This document shows positions 1 to 12,270 of a stretch of 64,000 bases of DNA, one piece after another. The DNA lies in the NCBI GenBank assembly GCA_017481575.1, contig JAFUPA010000009.1, positions 5,058 through 69,057 of the forward strand, read 5' to 3'. Position 1 is the first letter of the stretch. Every line of letters starts with the position of its first letter. This DNA is from Clostridia bacterium. Lineage in GTDB: Bacteria > Bacillota > Clostridia > Oscillospirales > Acutalibacteraceae. The position numbers and the translations under genes were made by a program. A model generated the notes under the pieces. The model was not told the DNA's origin. It was given only the letters and a program-made list of their open reading frames with translations, and did not search any database.

Positions 1-3390
<3,390 letters not shown>

Positions 3391-3552
3391 AACAATAACC
3401 CTCCATTTTAATTTTTTGTTATAATACCATATCTTGTTGATTTGTTCAATAGAAAATGCAGATAAAGTGTTTTTTGAATATAAATTTTATTCCGATTTTT
3501 CTGTACAAAATTACATATATGTGGTATATTAAACTAAAAATGCGGAGGTGAT

Positions 3553-4320
3553 ATGGTGACGGAAAATGAGCTTTTATTAGCCAGGGTAGAAGACTGTATC
3601 TCTGCGTGCTCTGGAAACTATCTCATAACAGGCACCAATTTTCTGGACATCTATCAACAAAGCACTGTTATAGAGTATCTCAAAAAGCGTAGCGAAGTTA
3701 AATATGAGCTTTACGGCGGATTTGACGACAGCGAACGAAAAATTGCTGTTTTCTTGCCTGATTATGCAAACGGTGTTGATTATATAAAAGAAAATCCGGA
3801 CCTTTCCCTGATAGTTGCTTTAAAAATAACAAAGGACAGCTTTTCAACCCTTTCACACCGTGATTACCTCGGTGCGGTAATGGGACTCGGCATCAAGCGT
3901 GAGGCTGTCGGTGACATTCTAGTTTCGGACAGCGGTTGCGCAATGGCGGTTATCAGAAGCGTTGCCGCTTATATTAAAGAAAACCTTGTTTCGGTAGGCA
4001 GGGGAAGCGTTAAAGCTGAAATCAGCGATACTTTCGAGAGTTTTGTAAGCAATTCAACTTTTGAAACTAAACGCTGTTATGTATCTTCAATGCGTCTTGA
4101 CGGAGTTGTTTCTGCGGCGTTTTCTCTTTCCCGAAGCACTGCCGCAGACAAAATCCGCAGAGGCGAGGTGCTTATGAACGGAGTTGTGATGACAAAATCA
4201 GATGTCAAGGTACCTTTCGGTGCCAAGCTGGTTATTCACGGAAGCGGCAAGGTTATTGTTGATGAAGATGCAGGTGTCACCAAAAAAGGCAGACAGGCAT
4301 TTTTGATAAAGAAATATTGA
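3553..4320 (+). CDS. ylmH: YlmH-like RNA-binding protein with S4 domain
   Basis: 255 aa. C-terminal S4-like segment (RLDGVVSAAFSLSRSTAADKIRRGEVLMNG). RBS GGAGGTG. Confidence 0.65.
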   Translation: MVTENELLLARVEDCISACSGNYLITGTNFLDIYQQSTVIEYLKKRSEVKYELYGGFDDSERKIAVFLPDYANGVDYIKENPDLSLIVALKITKDSFSTLSHRDYLGAVMGLGIKREAVGDILVSDSGCAMAVIRSVAAYIKENLVSVGRGSVKAEISDTFESFVSNSTFETKRCYVSSMRLDGVVSAAFSLSRSTAADKIRRGEVLMNGVVMTKSDVKVPFGAKLVIHGSGKVIVDEDAGVTKKGRQAFLIKKY

Positions 4321-4338
4321 TTAAAAGGTTGTGTTATT

Positions 4339-5076
4339 ATGTTAAACATTGCTCACAGAGGCTTCAGCGGAAAATATCCCGAAAACACAATGCTTGCATT
4401 CGAGAAGGCGATTGAAGCAGGTGCAGACGGAATTGAACTTGATGTTCATTTATCCAAGGACGGAGAAATTGTAATAATTCACGACGAGCTTATAAACCGC
4501 ACCACCGACGGTGAAGGCTTCGTTGCAGATTACACCTATGAGGAGCTTTCAAAGTTTGATGCAAGTGCATCCTTCACGGGTGTTTACGGTTTTAACAAAA
4601 TTCCGACCTTGCGTGAATGCTTTGAGCTCATAAAACCTGTTGACGGCTTTTTGGTTAACATCGAGCTTAAAACCGGTGTCAACGAATACCCGGGTATCGA
4701 AAAGGCTGTTCTTGAGCTTATTGAAGAATTCGGACTTGAGGACAGAATAATAATTTCGAGCTTTAACCATTACAGCGTAATGCGTTTCAAAGCACTCAAT
4801 CCCAAGATAAAGTGCGGCTATCTTGTTGCAAGCTGGCTTTATGATGTGGGCGAATATACCCAAAAACGTGGTGTCGAGTGTGTGCATCCTCTTTTCCTTT
4901 CGCTTAACGAAGAAAGCGTAGCAGAAATAAAGAAAAATTCAGTTCAAATCAATACCTGGACGGTAAACAAACCCGAAGATGTTGAAAGACTTTACAAACT
5001 CGGTGTTGATGCGGTTATCGGTAATTTCCCAGATATGACCAAAAGAGTGATTGACACTCTTAATAGTGAAAAATAA
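4339..5076 (+). CDS. Glycerophosphodiester phosphodiesterase
   Basis: N-terminal HRG...ENT...GADGIELDVHLSKDGEIVIIHDE signature of the GDPD family. Confidence 0.85.
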   Translation: MLNIAHRGFSGKYPENTMLAFEKAIEAGADGIELDVHLSKDGEIVIIHDELINRTTDGEGFVADYTYEELSKFDASASFTGVYGFNKIPTLRECFELIKPVDGFLVNIELKTGVNEYPGIEKAVLELIEEFGLEDRIIISSFNHYSVMRFKALNPKIKCGYLVASWLYDVGEYTQKRGVECVHPLFLSLNEESVAEIKKNSVQINTWTVNKPEDVERLYKLGVDAVIGNFPDMTKRVIDTLNSEK

Positions 5077-5097
5077 TTAAAATCTTTTAATTTTCAC

Positions 5098-5126
5098 TTG
5101 AAATTCACAACATATAGTAGTAATAT
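5098..5126 (+). promoter_or_regulatory. Sigma-A-type promoter
   Basis: TTGAAA-17 nt-TAATAT, about 38 nt upstream of the 5165 start. Confidence 0.5.
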
Positions 5127-5164
5127 AAACCAAAATAACCATTATAAATTAAGAAGGTGCTTTT

Positions 5165-6064
5165 ATGTTTACAGGTAAACCGGAAGAGTTCAGAGGCATA
5201 TATTCGTTGTTGCTTACTCCTTTCAAAGAGGATAAGTCAATTGACTACGATGTTTATGCGCAGTATGTTGAGTGGCAGGCAGAAAAAGGTTCGCATCATC
5301 TTTTCTCTGTTTGCGGTAGTGCTGAAATGACATTGCTTACACCCGAAGAGAGAATTAAGTGTGCTGAAATTGCTGTTAAACACGCTTGTGGTGCAGACGT
5401 TGTTGCAACTGCAAACCTCGAGCCTACCTGGCAGCATCAGGTTGAAGAGGTTAAGCGTATGGAGCAGACAGGTGTTGACGGTCTTGTTTTTGTAACAAGA
5501 GGTGTCGGTGATAAGGATGACCAGCTCGTTGATTACCTTTCAGAGCTTGCAGAGCATACAACGCTTCCTATTCTCCTTTACGAGTTTCCGGGCTTCCAGC
5601 CTCACTGTATGTCCGGCAAGGCATATGGCGAGCTTGTCAAAACAGGTAAGTTTAAGGGAATCAAGGACACAACCTGTTCATTGGAGCTTATTAAAGAAAA
5701 AATAGCAGTTCAGGGCGAGTCAGCTGTTCTTCAGGCGAACATTCCGTTCCTCTTTGACGCTTATGTAGCAGGTGCAAGAGGTGTTTGTGCAACTCCGACT
5801 TCATGCGGTGCAGGTCTTTTCCGCAAGATGTATGATGAATTCTTTGTTGAAAATAACATTGAAAAAGCTCGTGAAACATACAACGAGATTATTCTTCTTG
5901 ACAACTGTATTGACAGCGGCTTTAATGCAAGTGCAAAGTATCTTGTTCAGCTTCAGGGTATTCCGATGTCAACTGTAACCAGAACAGGCTCATCAATCGG
6001 TCCTGCAAGAAGAAGAAGCATCGAGTCCTTCTACGAGTACGCAACACAGAAGGGTATCCTTTAA
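5165..6064 (+). CDS. Dihydrodipicolinate synthase / N-acetylneuraminate lyase family (class I aldolase) protein
   Basis: 299 aa. DapA-family layout with Schiff-base lysine context GIKDTT. Substrate not assignable. Confidence 0.7.
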   Translation: MFTGKPEEFRGIYSLLLTPFKEDKSIDYDVYAQYVEWQAEKGSHHLFSVCGSAEMTLLTPEERIKCAEIAVKHACGADVVATANLEPTWQHQVEEVKRMEQTGVDGLVFVTRGVGDKDDQLVDYLSELAEHTTLPILLYEFPGFQPHCMSGKAYGELVKTGKFKGIKDTTCSLELIKEKIAVQGESAVLQANIPFLFDAYVAGARGVCATPTSCGAGLFRKMYDEFFVENNIEKARETYNEIILLDNCIDSGFNASAKYLVQLQGIPMSTVTRTGSSIGPARRRSIESFYEYATQKGIL

Positions 6065-6091
6065 TATTATTTTGAATATGAACAAACTTTT

Positions 6092-6130
6092 AACAAAGAG
6101 TCCACTTGCTGGGCTCTTTGTTACATTTTG
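6092..6130 (+). terminator. Intrinsic terminator
   Basis: 12-bp stem AACAAAGAGTCC/GGGCTCTTTGTT followed by a T-rich tail. Confidence 0.55.
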
Positions 6131-6176
6131 CTTAATCTGTCTATACATTTCTACCATAAATGTATAAGATTTTGTC

Positions 6177-6205
6177 TTGAAAACACCACTTTAATGTGAT
6201 AAAAT
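6177..6205 (+). promoter_or_regulatory. Sigma-A-type promoter (extended -10)
   Basis: TTGAAA-17 nt-TGaTAAAAT upstream of the TetR gene. Confidence 0.5.
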
Positions 6206-6226
6206 CTTTCAAAAGGGGGCAGAACT

Positions 6227-6826
6227 ATGGCATCACAAAGTTCAGGGGAAAAGACTAAACTCCTAATTGCAAATTCTTTAAGGAAGCTGATGAAAAAGAA
6301 GTCTCTTGATAAAATCAAGATTCGTGAAATCGTTGAGGATTGCGGTGTTAACCGCCAGACCTTTTATTATCACTTTCAGGATATCTATGCCCTTGTTGAA
6401 TGGATTTACACCTATGACGGAAAACGTATTGTAGACGACCATAAGGATGATCATGACTGGAGTGGGATAATCAAAGAGATGTTCAACTATCTCGAGGAGC
6501 ATCAGGACGAAATCAAATGTGTTGTCAATTCTAAAGCAGACAAGTTTTTTCATGATTTTATTCACGAAAAAATCGGTACAGTATGCAGAATTGTAATTGA
6601 CGGAGTTTCCCAAAAAATGAAGGTTGAAGATTACTATAAGGATTTCATTGCAAATTTCTATACTTATGCAGTTTGCGGTGTTGTTGAGTGCTGGATGAAA
6701 AACCGCAATGCAACACGTATGTCGAGCGATGAGCTTATCCGTTTGTTCAACCTGACAATCAGGGGCAATGTTATGGCAGCCTTAAGACGTTGCGAGGCTG
6801 AAACAGCTTTTCTTGCACAGGATTAA
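6227..6826 (+). CDS. TetR/AcrR family transcriptional regulator
   Basis: N-terminal HTH (IKIREIVEDCGVNRQTFYYHFQDIYALVEW) typical of TetR. Confidence 0.8.
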   Translation: MASQSSGEKTKLLIANSLRKLMKKKSLDKIKIREIVEDCGVNRQTFYYHFQDIYALVEWIYTYDGKRIVDDHKDDHDWSGIIKEMFNYLEEHQDEIKCVVNSKADKFFHDFIHEKIGTVCRIVIDGVSQKMKVEDYYKDFIANFYTYAVCGVVECWMKNRNATRMSSDELIRLFNLTIRGNVMAALRRCEAETAFLAQD

Positions 6827-6832
6827 AAACAG

Positions 6833-6861
6833 TTGACAAAATTTAATTATAGTGATAAAAT
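6833..6861 (+). promoter_or_regulatory. Sigma-A-type promoter of the valS leader
   Basis: TTGACA-17 nt-TAAAAT. Confidence 0.65.
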
Positions 6862-6867
6862 ACTTCG

Positions 6868-7117
6868 GTAAAAGACGTTGACGAAGAGGGGCTTTGTTCA
6901 AACCTTTCAAGAGAGCTGTCGGCAGGTGTAAGACAGCAAGTGTTAAACAAGGCTTGTAGCTTCCGAGTCGGAGAGAAGAAAACCTGTGTGGTGATTAGAC
7001 CTCTCCCGTTATGCTTCGTAAAAGCATCAAAAGCGGCATTTTTCTGAATGCAATTTGAGTGGTACCGCGGGTTTATTCAGCTCGTCTCAAAGTTTTCTTT
7101 GAGGCGGGCTTTTTTGT
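6868..7117 (+). promoter_or_regulatory. T-box riboswitch leader (valine-specific) with terminator
   Basis: AGAGAG bulge (6909-6914) and a distal loop containing GGTGTAA. Candidate GUA (Val) specifier at 6956-6958 on the 3' side of Stem I. T-box motif AATTTGAGTGGTACCGCGG at 7052-7070, where UGGU fits an A73 tRNA. Terminator stem 7081-7108 followed by a T-run. Confidence 0.85.
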
Positions 7118-7157
7118 TTTATTTTTTATATTGTAATTACACAAGGAGGAGATATAT

Positions 7158-9857
7158 ATGGCAAAGGATCTTGCAAAACAGTATGATCCGAAAGACGTTG
7201 AAGACAGAACCTATAAATTCTGGCTTGACGGCAAATATTTTCACGCAAAGTGTGACCCTGAAAAGGAGCCGTATACAATAGTTATACCGCCGCCGAACAT
7301 CACGGGTCAGCTTCATATGGGTCACGCCCTTGACAATACTCTTCAGGATATTCTTATCCGTTACAGACGTATGCAGGGCTACGACACACTCTGGCTTCCG
7401 GGCACAGACCACGCATCAATCGCAACCGAAGCAAAAATTGTTGAGGCTATGGCTGCTGAAGGTATTACAAAGGATGATATCGGACGTGACGGCTTCCTTG
7501 TACGTGCTTGGGATTGGAAAGAAAAGTTTGGTGGCAGAATCATTGAACAGCTTAAGAAATTAGGCTCATCCTGCGACTGGGACAGAGAGCGTTTTACTCT
7601 TGATGAAGGCTGCAGCAGAGCAGTCCGTGAGGTTTTTGTCAGACTTTACGAAAAAGACCTTATCTACAGAGGCAACAGAATGGTAAACTGGTGCCCGTAC
7701 TGTGAAACATCAATATCTGATGCTGAGGTTGAGTACAGTGAGCAGGACGGTAATTTCTGGCATCTTCTTTATACAGTTAAAGAAACAGGCGAGCAGCTTG
7801 AGCTTGCTACTACAAGACCTGAAACTATGCTCGGTGATACAGCCGTTGCAATCAACGCAGAGGACGAAAGATATGCACACCTTCACGGCTGTCACGTTAT
7901 CCTTCCGCTTCTTAATAAAGAAATTCCTATCGTTTGCGATGAACACGCAGATATGACCAAGGGAACAGGTGTTGTTAAAATCACTCCTGCACATGACCCC
8001 AACGACTTTGAGGTAGGCAGACGTCACAATCTTCCTATGGTAAGAACATTTACCTACGACGGTCACATGACCGGTGCCGCTGAAAAGGCTGCGTATAACG
8101 AGCTTGTAGCAAGCGGTAAGGCTGCCGCTGATGAGCCTGAAGTACTCGATTGCGGTAAGTATGCAGGTATGACAACTATGGAAGCACGCAAGGCTATCCT
8201 TGAAGACCTTGAAGCAGGCGGATATATCAAATATATTGAACCGCTTAAGCACGAGGTTGGCACCTGCTACCGTTGTCATTCAACAATTGAGCCTATGGTT
8301 TCAAAGCAGTGGTTTGTTCGTATGGAGCCTCTTGCCAAGCCGGCTATTGAAGCTGTTGAAAAGGGAGAAACTGTTTTTGTTCCCGAGAGATTCACAAAGA
8401 ACTATATGAACTGGATGAGAGGTACACGTGATTGGTGTATTTCACGTCAGCTCTGGTGGGGTCACCGTATTCCTGCCTGGTATTGTGCTGATTGCGGTGC
8501 AACTATTGTTTCAAAAACAGATATAGATACTTGTCCTCATTGTTCGGGCAAGAATATTCAGCAGGACGAGGATACCCTTGATACATGGTTCTCATCGGCA
8601 CTCTGGCCGTTCTCAACTCTCGGCTGGCCTGATGAAACAGCAGATCTTAAGCATTATTATCCCACAAGCACACTTGTTACAGGCTACGATATCATTGGCT
8701 TCTGGGTAAGCCGTATGATATTCTCGGCTCTTGAATATACAGGTCAGGTTCCGTTTGATACCGTTCTTATTCACGGTCTTGTAAGAGATGCCTTGGGCAG
8801 AAAAATGTCAAAGTCTCTCGGCAACGGTATTGACCCGCTTGAGGTTATCGACCAGTACGGTGCTGACGCACTCCGTCTTACACTTGCAACAGGTAACAGC
8901 CCGGGTAATGATATGAGATTCTCGGACGATAAGGTAAGTGCAAGCCGTAACTTTGCAAACAAAATCTGGAATGCGGCAAGATTTATCCTTATGAATCTCG
9001 GCGAGGACGAAAAAGCACCTCACGTTCCAGAAAACCTTGCACTTGAAGATAAGTGGATTTTAAGTCTTTACAACAAGCTTACAAAGGAAGTAACGGATAA
9101 CCTTGATAAGTTTGAACTTGGTATCGCTATTCAGAAGCTTTACGACTTTATCTGGGATATCTTCTGTGACTGGTACATCGAAATTGCCAAAATCCGTCTT
9201 AACTCGGGTGACGAAAGGGCGGCACAGACAGCACGTGATATGCTTGTTTATATTATGTCTAACACACTTAAGCTTCTTCATCCGTTTATGCCGTTCATCA
9301 CAGAGGAAATCTGGCAGACTCTTCCGCACGACGGTGAGTCAATTATGGTTTCCGAGTGGCCTGTTTATAACGAGGCATATAACTTCTCGGTTGAAGAGCA
9401 GGAAATGGACAGAATTATGGAGGCAGTCCGTGCAATCCGTAACCGCAGAGCAGAGATGAATGTTCCGCCGTCAAGAAAGGCGAAGTATTACATCGCAACT
9501 GCTTATAAGGACACCTTCCGTCAGGCAGGTATCTTTATGCAGAGACTTGCATCCTGTTCCGAGGCAGAGGTTGGCGACAGCTTCGAGTTTGACGATGCGG
9601 TTTGCGTTGTTACAACCGATGCAAAGGTTTACATCCCGATGGGTGACCTTGTTGACTTTGAGGCAGAAATCGCACGCCTTGAAAAGGAGAAGGAAAAGGT
9701 ACTCAAAGACCTTGAATTCATCGACAAAAAGCTCAATAACGAAAACTTTGTTGCAAAAGCACCGCAGGCTGTTGTTGACGGTCAGCGTGAAGCCGCACAG
9801 AAGCTTCGTGACAAGATTGCAATGATCGACGAAAGCCTCGCAAAATTGCAGAAATAA
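7158..9857 (+). CDS. valS: Valine--tRNA ligase
   Basis: 899 aa. Class I motifs HMGH and KMSKS, plus a C-terminal coiled coil. Confidence 0.97.
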   Translation: MAKDLAKQYDPKDVEDRTYKFWLDGKYFHAKCDPEKEPYTIVIPPPNITGQLHMGHALDNTLQDILIRYRRMQGYDTLWLPGTDHASIATEAKIVEAMAAEGITKDDIGRDGFLVRAWDWKEKFGGRIIEQLKKLGSSCDWDRERFTLDEGCSRAVREVFVRLYEKDLIYRGNRMVNWCPYCETSISDAEVEYSEQDGNFWHLLYTVKETGEQLELATTRPETMLGDTAVAINAEDERYAHLHGCHVILPLLNKEIPIVCDEHADMTKGTGVVKITPAHDPNDFEVGRRHNLPMVRTFTYDGHMTGAAEKAAYNELVASGKAAADEPEVLDCGKYAGMTTMEARKAILEDLEAGGYIKYIEPLKHEVGTCYRCHSTIEPMVSKQWFVRMEPLAKPAIEAVEKGETVFVPERFTKNYMNWMRGTRDWCISRQLWWGHRIPAWYCADCGATIVSKTDIDTCPHCSGKNIQQDEDTLDTWFSSALWPFSTLGWPDETADLKHYYPTSTLVTGYDIIGFWVSRMIFSALEYTGQVPFDTVLIHGLVRDALGRKMSKSLGNGIDPLEVIDQYGADALRLTLATGNSPGNDMRFSDDKVSASRNFANKIWNAARFILMNLGEDEKAPHVPENLALEDKWILSLYNKLTKEVTDNLDKFELGIAIQKLYDFIWDIFCDWYIEIAKIRLNSGDERAAQTARDMLVYIMSNTLKLLHPFMPFITEEIWQTLPHDGESIMVSEWPVYNEAYNFSVEEQEMDRIMEAVRAIRNRRAEMNVPPSRKAKYYIATAYKDTFRQAGIFMQRLASCSEAEVGDSFEFDDAVCVVTTDAKVYIPMGDLVDFEAEIARLEKEKEKVLKDLEFIDKKLNNENFVAKAPQAVVDGQREAAQKLRDKIAMIDESLAKLQK

Positions 9858-9870
9858 TAATTCATAAACC

Positions 9871-9909
9871 AAGCCGTAGCAGTACAAATTCCTGCTACGG
9901 CTTATTTTT
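9871..9909 (+). terminator. Intrinsic terminator of valS
   Basis: 12-bp stem AAGCCGTAGCAG/CTGCTACGGCTT followed by ATTTTT. Confidence 0.8.
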
Positions 9910-9920
9910 GCACAGACTAA

Positions 9921-10063
9921 ACAGCCTCCCTTGCCTAAAAGGCGGTGGATTTTGGCGAAGCCAAAAGACGGAGGGATAGGCAGAGAAAATTTAACTGACA
10001 GATAATATTGAAAGAAAAAAACAGACAATTTCGTAGGGCAGGGATTTATCCCTGCCGTAAAAC
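9921..10063 (+). repeat. GC-rich palindromic intergenic repeat module plus AATTTCGTAGGGCAGGGA hairpin motif
   Basis: ACAGCCTCCCTTGCCTAAAAGGCGGTGG + hairpin ATTTTGGC-gaa-GCCAAAAG + ACGGAGGGA. Second hairpin GGCAGGGA-ttta-TCCCTGCC at 10037-10056. Same architecture as the modules at 60035-60440. Confidence 0.7.
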
Positions 10064-10079
10064 TATTCCGAAATAACTC

Positions 10080-10108
10080 TTGCTATCAACAAAAAACAAT
10101 GATAAAAT
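10080..10108 (+). promoter_or_regulatory. Sigma-A-type promoter
   Basis: TTGCTA-17 nt-TAAAAT upstream of folC. Confidence 0.5.
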
Positions 10109-10141
10109 AGTTTCAAAATTTTGCACATAAGAAGTGATTTT

Positions 10142-11413
10142 ATGAATTATAACGAAGCACTGAGTTTTATTCATTCACGAATGAAGTTTGGCTCACGACC
10201 GGGTATGGAACGCATTTGCGCTCTCTGTGAGGCATTCGACAATCCGCAGGACAAACTTAAATACGTCCACGTCGCAGGCACAAACGGTAAAGGCTCAACC
10301 TGCACAATGATTGCCGAAATGCTCAAAGCCGCAGGCTATAAGGTTGGTCTTTTTACCTCACCGTTTGTTGTTGATTTCCGTGAAAGAATACAGATAAATT
10401 CCGAAATGATACCCAAGGAAGACTTTGCGAAAATCGTCGAAAAAGTCGTCCCTGTGGTCGAAGAGTTAAAGTCCAAAAGCATTGAGCCTACAGAATTTGA
10501 AATCATTACTGCCGTGGCTTTTCTTTACTTTCTTCAGGAAAACTGCGACATAGTTGTCCTTGAGGTCGGTCTCGGCGGCACGCTTGATTCAACCAACATA
10601 ATCAAGAAGTCAGAAGTCAGCGTAATCACATCAATTTCAATGGATCACACCGACATTCTTGGTGATACAATCCTCGACATTGCGGCTCATAAATGCGGCA
10701 TTTTTAAATCGGGCGGCCACGTTGTCGGTTATCCTCAACCCGATTTCGCCGTAGAGAGATTTGTAAAAGAAAAGGCGAAAGAAGCAGGCTGTGACTATAC
10801 CCATTCCGACCTTGGCAGAATAAGACTTGTGCATGAGGAGTTTGACGGCTCAACTATCATTTACGCAGGCTGTACCTTCAAAATTCCGCTTTCGGGCAAG
10901 CATCAGATTTATAACTTCTCAACCGCCATTTCAGCAATAAACGTCCTCAAAGGCAAGGGCTGGAACGTTTCTGTGAAAAATATGCTTGACGGTGTTGCCG
11001 CACTCAAAATGCCTGCAAGAGTTGAAACTGTTTCAACAGACCCGCTCGTTATCGTTGACGGCGGTCACAACGCAGAAGGCTTTGATGCTCTTTGCTACAC
11101 ACTCGAAAAGTATTTTAAAGACAAAAAAATCATTGCCGTTTTTGGTATGATGAAAGACAAGGACTACGCATACTGTGCTAAAAAACTCGCACCCCTGTGT
11201 GAAAAAATCTACACCACCACGGTTTCAAATCCTCGTTCCTTAACCGCAAAGGAGCTTGCCGAGGAGTTAAAAAAGCACGGTGCAAAGGCAAAACCCGTTG
11301 ACGATTGCGGCAAGGCTTACAAAAAAGCTCTCAAAAAAGCGGATAAAGATTCCGTTGTTGTCGTCTGTGGCTCGCTTTATCTTGCATCAGACATCAAAAA
11401 TCTACAAAATTAG
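10142..11413 (+). CDS. folC: Folylpolyglutamate synthase / dihydrofolate synthase
   Basis: P-loop HVAGTNGKGST in a Mur-ligase fold. ATG 10142 (MNYNEAL) preferred over the TTG track start at 10121. Confidence 0.9.
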   Translation: MNYNEALSFIHSRMKFGSRPGMERICALCEAFDNPQDKLKYVHVAGTNGKGSTCTMIAEMLKAAGYKVGLFTSPFVVDFRERIQINSEMIPKEDFAKIVEKVVPVVEELKSKSIEPTEFEIITAVAFLYFLQENCDIVVLEVGLGGTLDSTNIIKKSEVSVITSISMDHTDILGDTILDIAAHKCGIFKSGGHVVGYPQPDFAVERFVKEKAKEAGCDYTHSDLGRIRLVHEEFDGSTIIYAGCTFKIPLSGKHQIYNFSTAISAINVLKGKGWNVSVKNMLDGVAALKMPARVETVSTDPLVIVDGGHNAEGFDALCYTLEKYFKDKKIIAVFGMMKDKDYAYCAKKLAPLCEKIYTTTVSNPRSLTAKELAEELKKHGAKAKPVDDCGKAYKKALKKADKDSVVVVCGSLYLASDIKNLQN

Positions 11414-11454
11414 TTTTTGTTTTATACCTTACTTCAACAAAATATTTTCGGACA

Positions 11455-11490
11455 ATCCTTTATCCTTATGGATAGAGGATTTTTTCTTTT
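11455..11490 (+). terminator. Intrinsic terminator of folC
   Basis: 11-bp stem ATCCTTTATCC/GGATAGAGGAT (one G-U pair) followed by TTTTTCTTTT. Confidence 0.65.
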
Positions 11491-11510
11491 ATCGGTTAGG
11501 AGGTATATGT

Positions 11511-11849
11511 GTGCCCGTAAGAATAATCTCAACAACACAGCGGGTAACCGCATTTCTGGAGGGTGAAATTGACCACCATACAGCATCGGCATTGCGAATG
11601 GAAATTGACGATGCCATTCAGCGCAATAAGCCGAAAACACTTAAGCTTGACTTCTCCGATGTAACCTTTATGGACTCGTCGGGGATAGGACTTGTTATGG
11701 GCAGATTCCGCACCATTCAGCCCTTGGGCGGAAAGCTCGTAGTGTCAAATCTTTCACCGCAGGTGTATAAAATTATGCAGCTCGCAGGTCTTGAAAAAAT
11801 CGCAAAAATCAGCAAACGGGAGGAAGTAAACAATGCAGATAATAAATGA
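11511..11849 (+). CDS. spoIIAA: Anti-sigma-F factor antagonist
   Basis: STAS domain with phosphorylatable serine context (FMDSSGIG). GTG start 7 nt after AGGAGG. The track ORF from 11280 is an upstream extension that overlaps folC. Confidence 0.88.
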   Translation: MPVRIISTTQRVTAFLEGEIDHHTASALRMEIDDAIQRNKPKTLKLDFSDVTFMDSSGIGLVMGRFRTIQPLGGKLVVSNLSPQVYKIMQLAGLEKIAKISKREEVNNADNK

Positions 11850-12270
11850 TTTTAAAATGACTATTGACTCGAAATCCGTCAACGAAAGCTTCGCACGCTC
11901 TACCGTGGCGGCTTTTGTTGCACAGCTTGACCCCACACTCGACGAAATTTCCGACATTAAAATGGCTGTGAGTGAAGCGGTGACTAATTGTATCGTCCAC
12001 GCTTACCCCGAGTGCGTGGGCAAGATTTACATACATGCCGCAATCCTTGAGGGGAGCAGAGTGAAAATAAGCGTACGGGACAAGGGGTGCGGAATAATGG
12101 ATGTAAAGCAGGCTATGGAGCCTCTTTTCACAACCCTCGGCGGTGAACGTGCAGGTCTCGGTTTTGCTGTTATGGAAAGCTTTACCGATAAAATAACAGT
12201 TCGTTCCAAGCCTGAAAAGGGTACAACCGTAACTATGTATAAGCGAATAAACGGACGTGCCGCCCTATGA
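11833..12270 (+). CDS. spoIIAB: Anti-sigma-F factor (serine kinase)
   Basis: HATPase_c motifs (EAVTNCIVHAY, DKGCGI, GLGF). Overlaps spoIIAA by 17 nt. Confidence 0.92.
   Translation: MQIINDFKMTIDSKSVNESFARSTVAAFVAQLDPTLDEISDIKMAVSEAVTNCIVHAYPECVGKIYIHAAILEGSRVKISVRDKGCGIMDVKQAMEPLFTTLGGERAGLGFAVMESFTDKITVRSKPEKGTTVTMYKRINGRAAL

Noticed and set aside
7710-8279. Long antisense ORFs inside housekeeping genes (7710..8279 in valS, 9471..10028, 21709..22239 in metG, 47300..47872, 15009..15557, 43428..43943, 53039..53509)
   Set aside because: Each lies fully within, or mostly opposite, a gene with unmistakable family motifs. The translations are low-complexity (Ser/Leu/Cys-rich) and lack an RBS. 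Such ORFs are expected by-products of codon bias.
11414-11510. Sigma-H promoter or Spo0A box upstream of spoIIAA
   Set aside because: Only about 25 nt separate the folC terminator from the spoIIAA RBS. TTCGGACA (near 11447) and AGAGGAT are only weak partial matches to the 0A-box and sigma-H -35 consensus as I recall them. That is not enough to call.
11280-11510. N-terminal extensions of track ORFs (11280, 13246, 14790, 23683, 31985, 34159, 35034, 43182, 52273, 52688, 55620)
   Set aside because: The extensions overlap upstream genes or terminators and lack an RBS. Internal starts with good Shine-Dalgarno spacing give lengths typical of each family.
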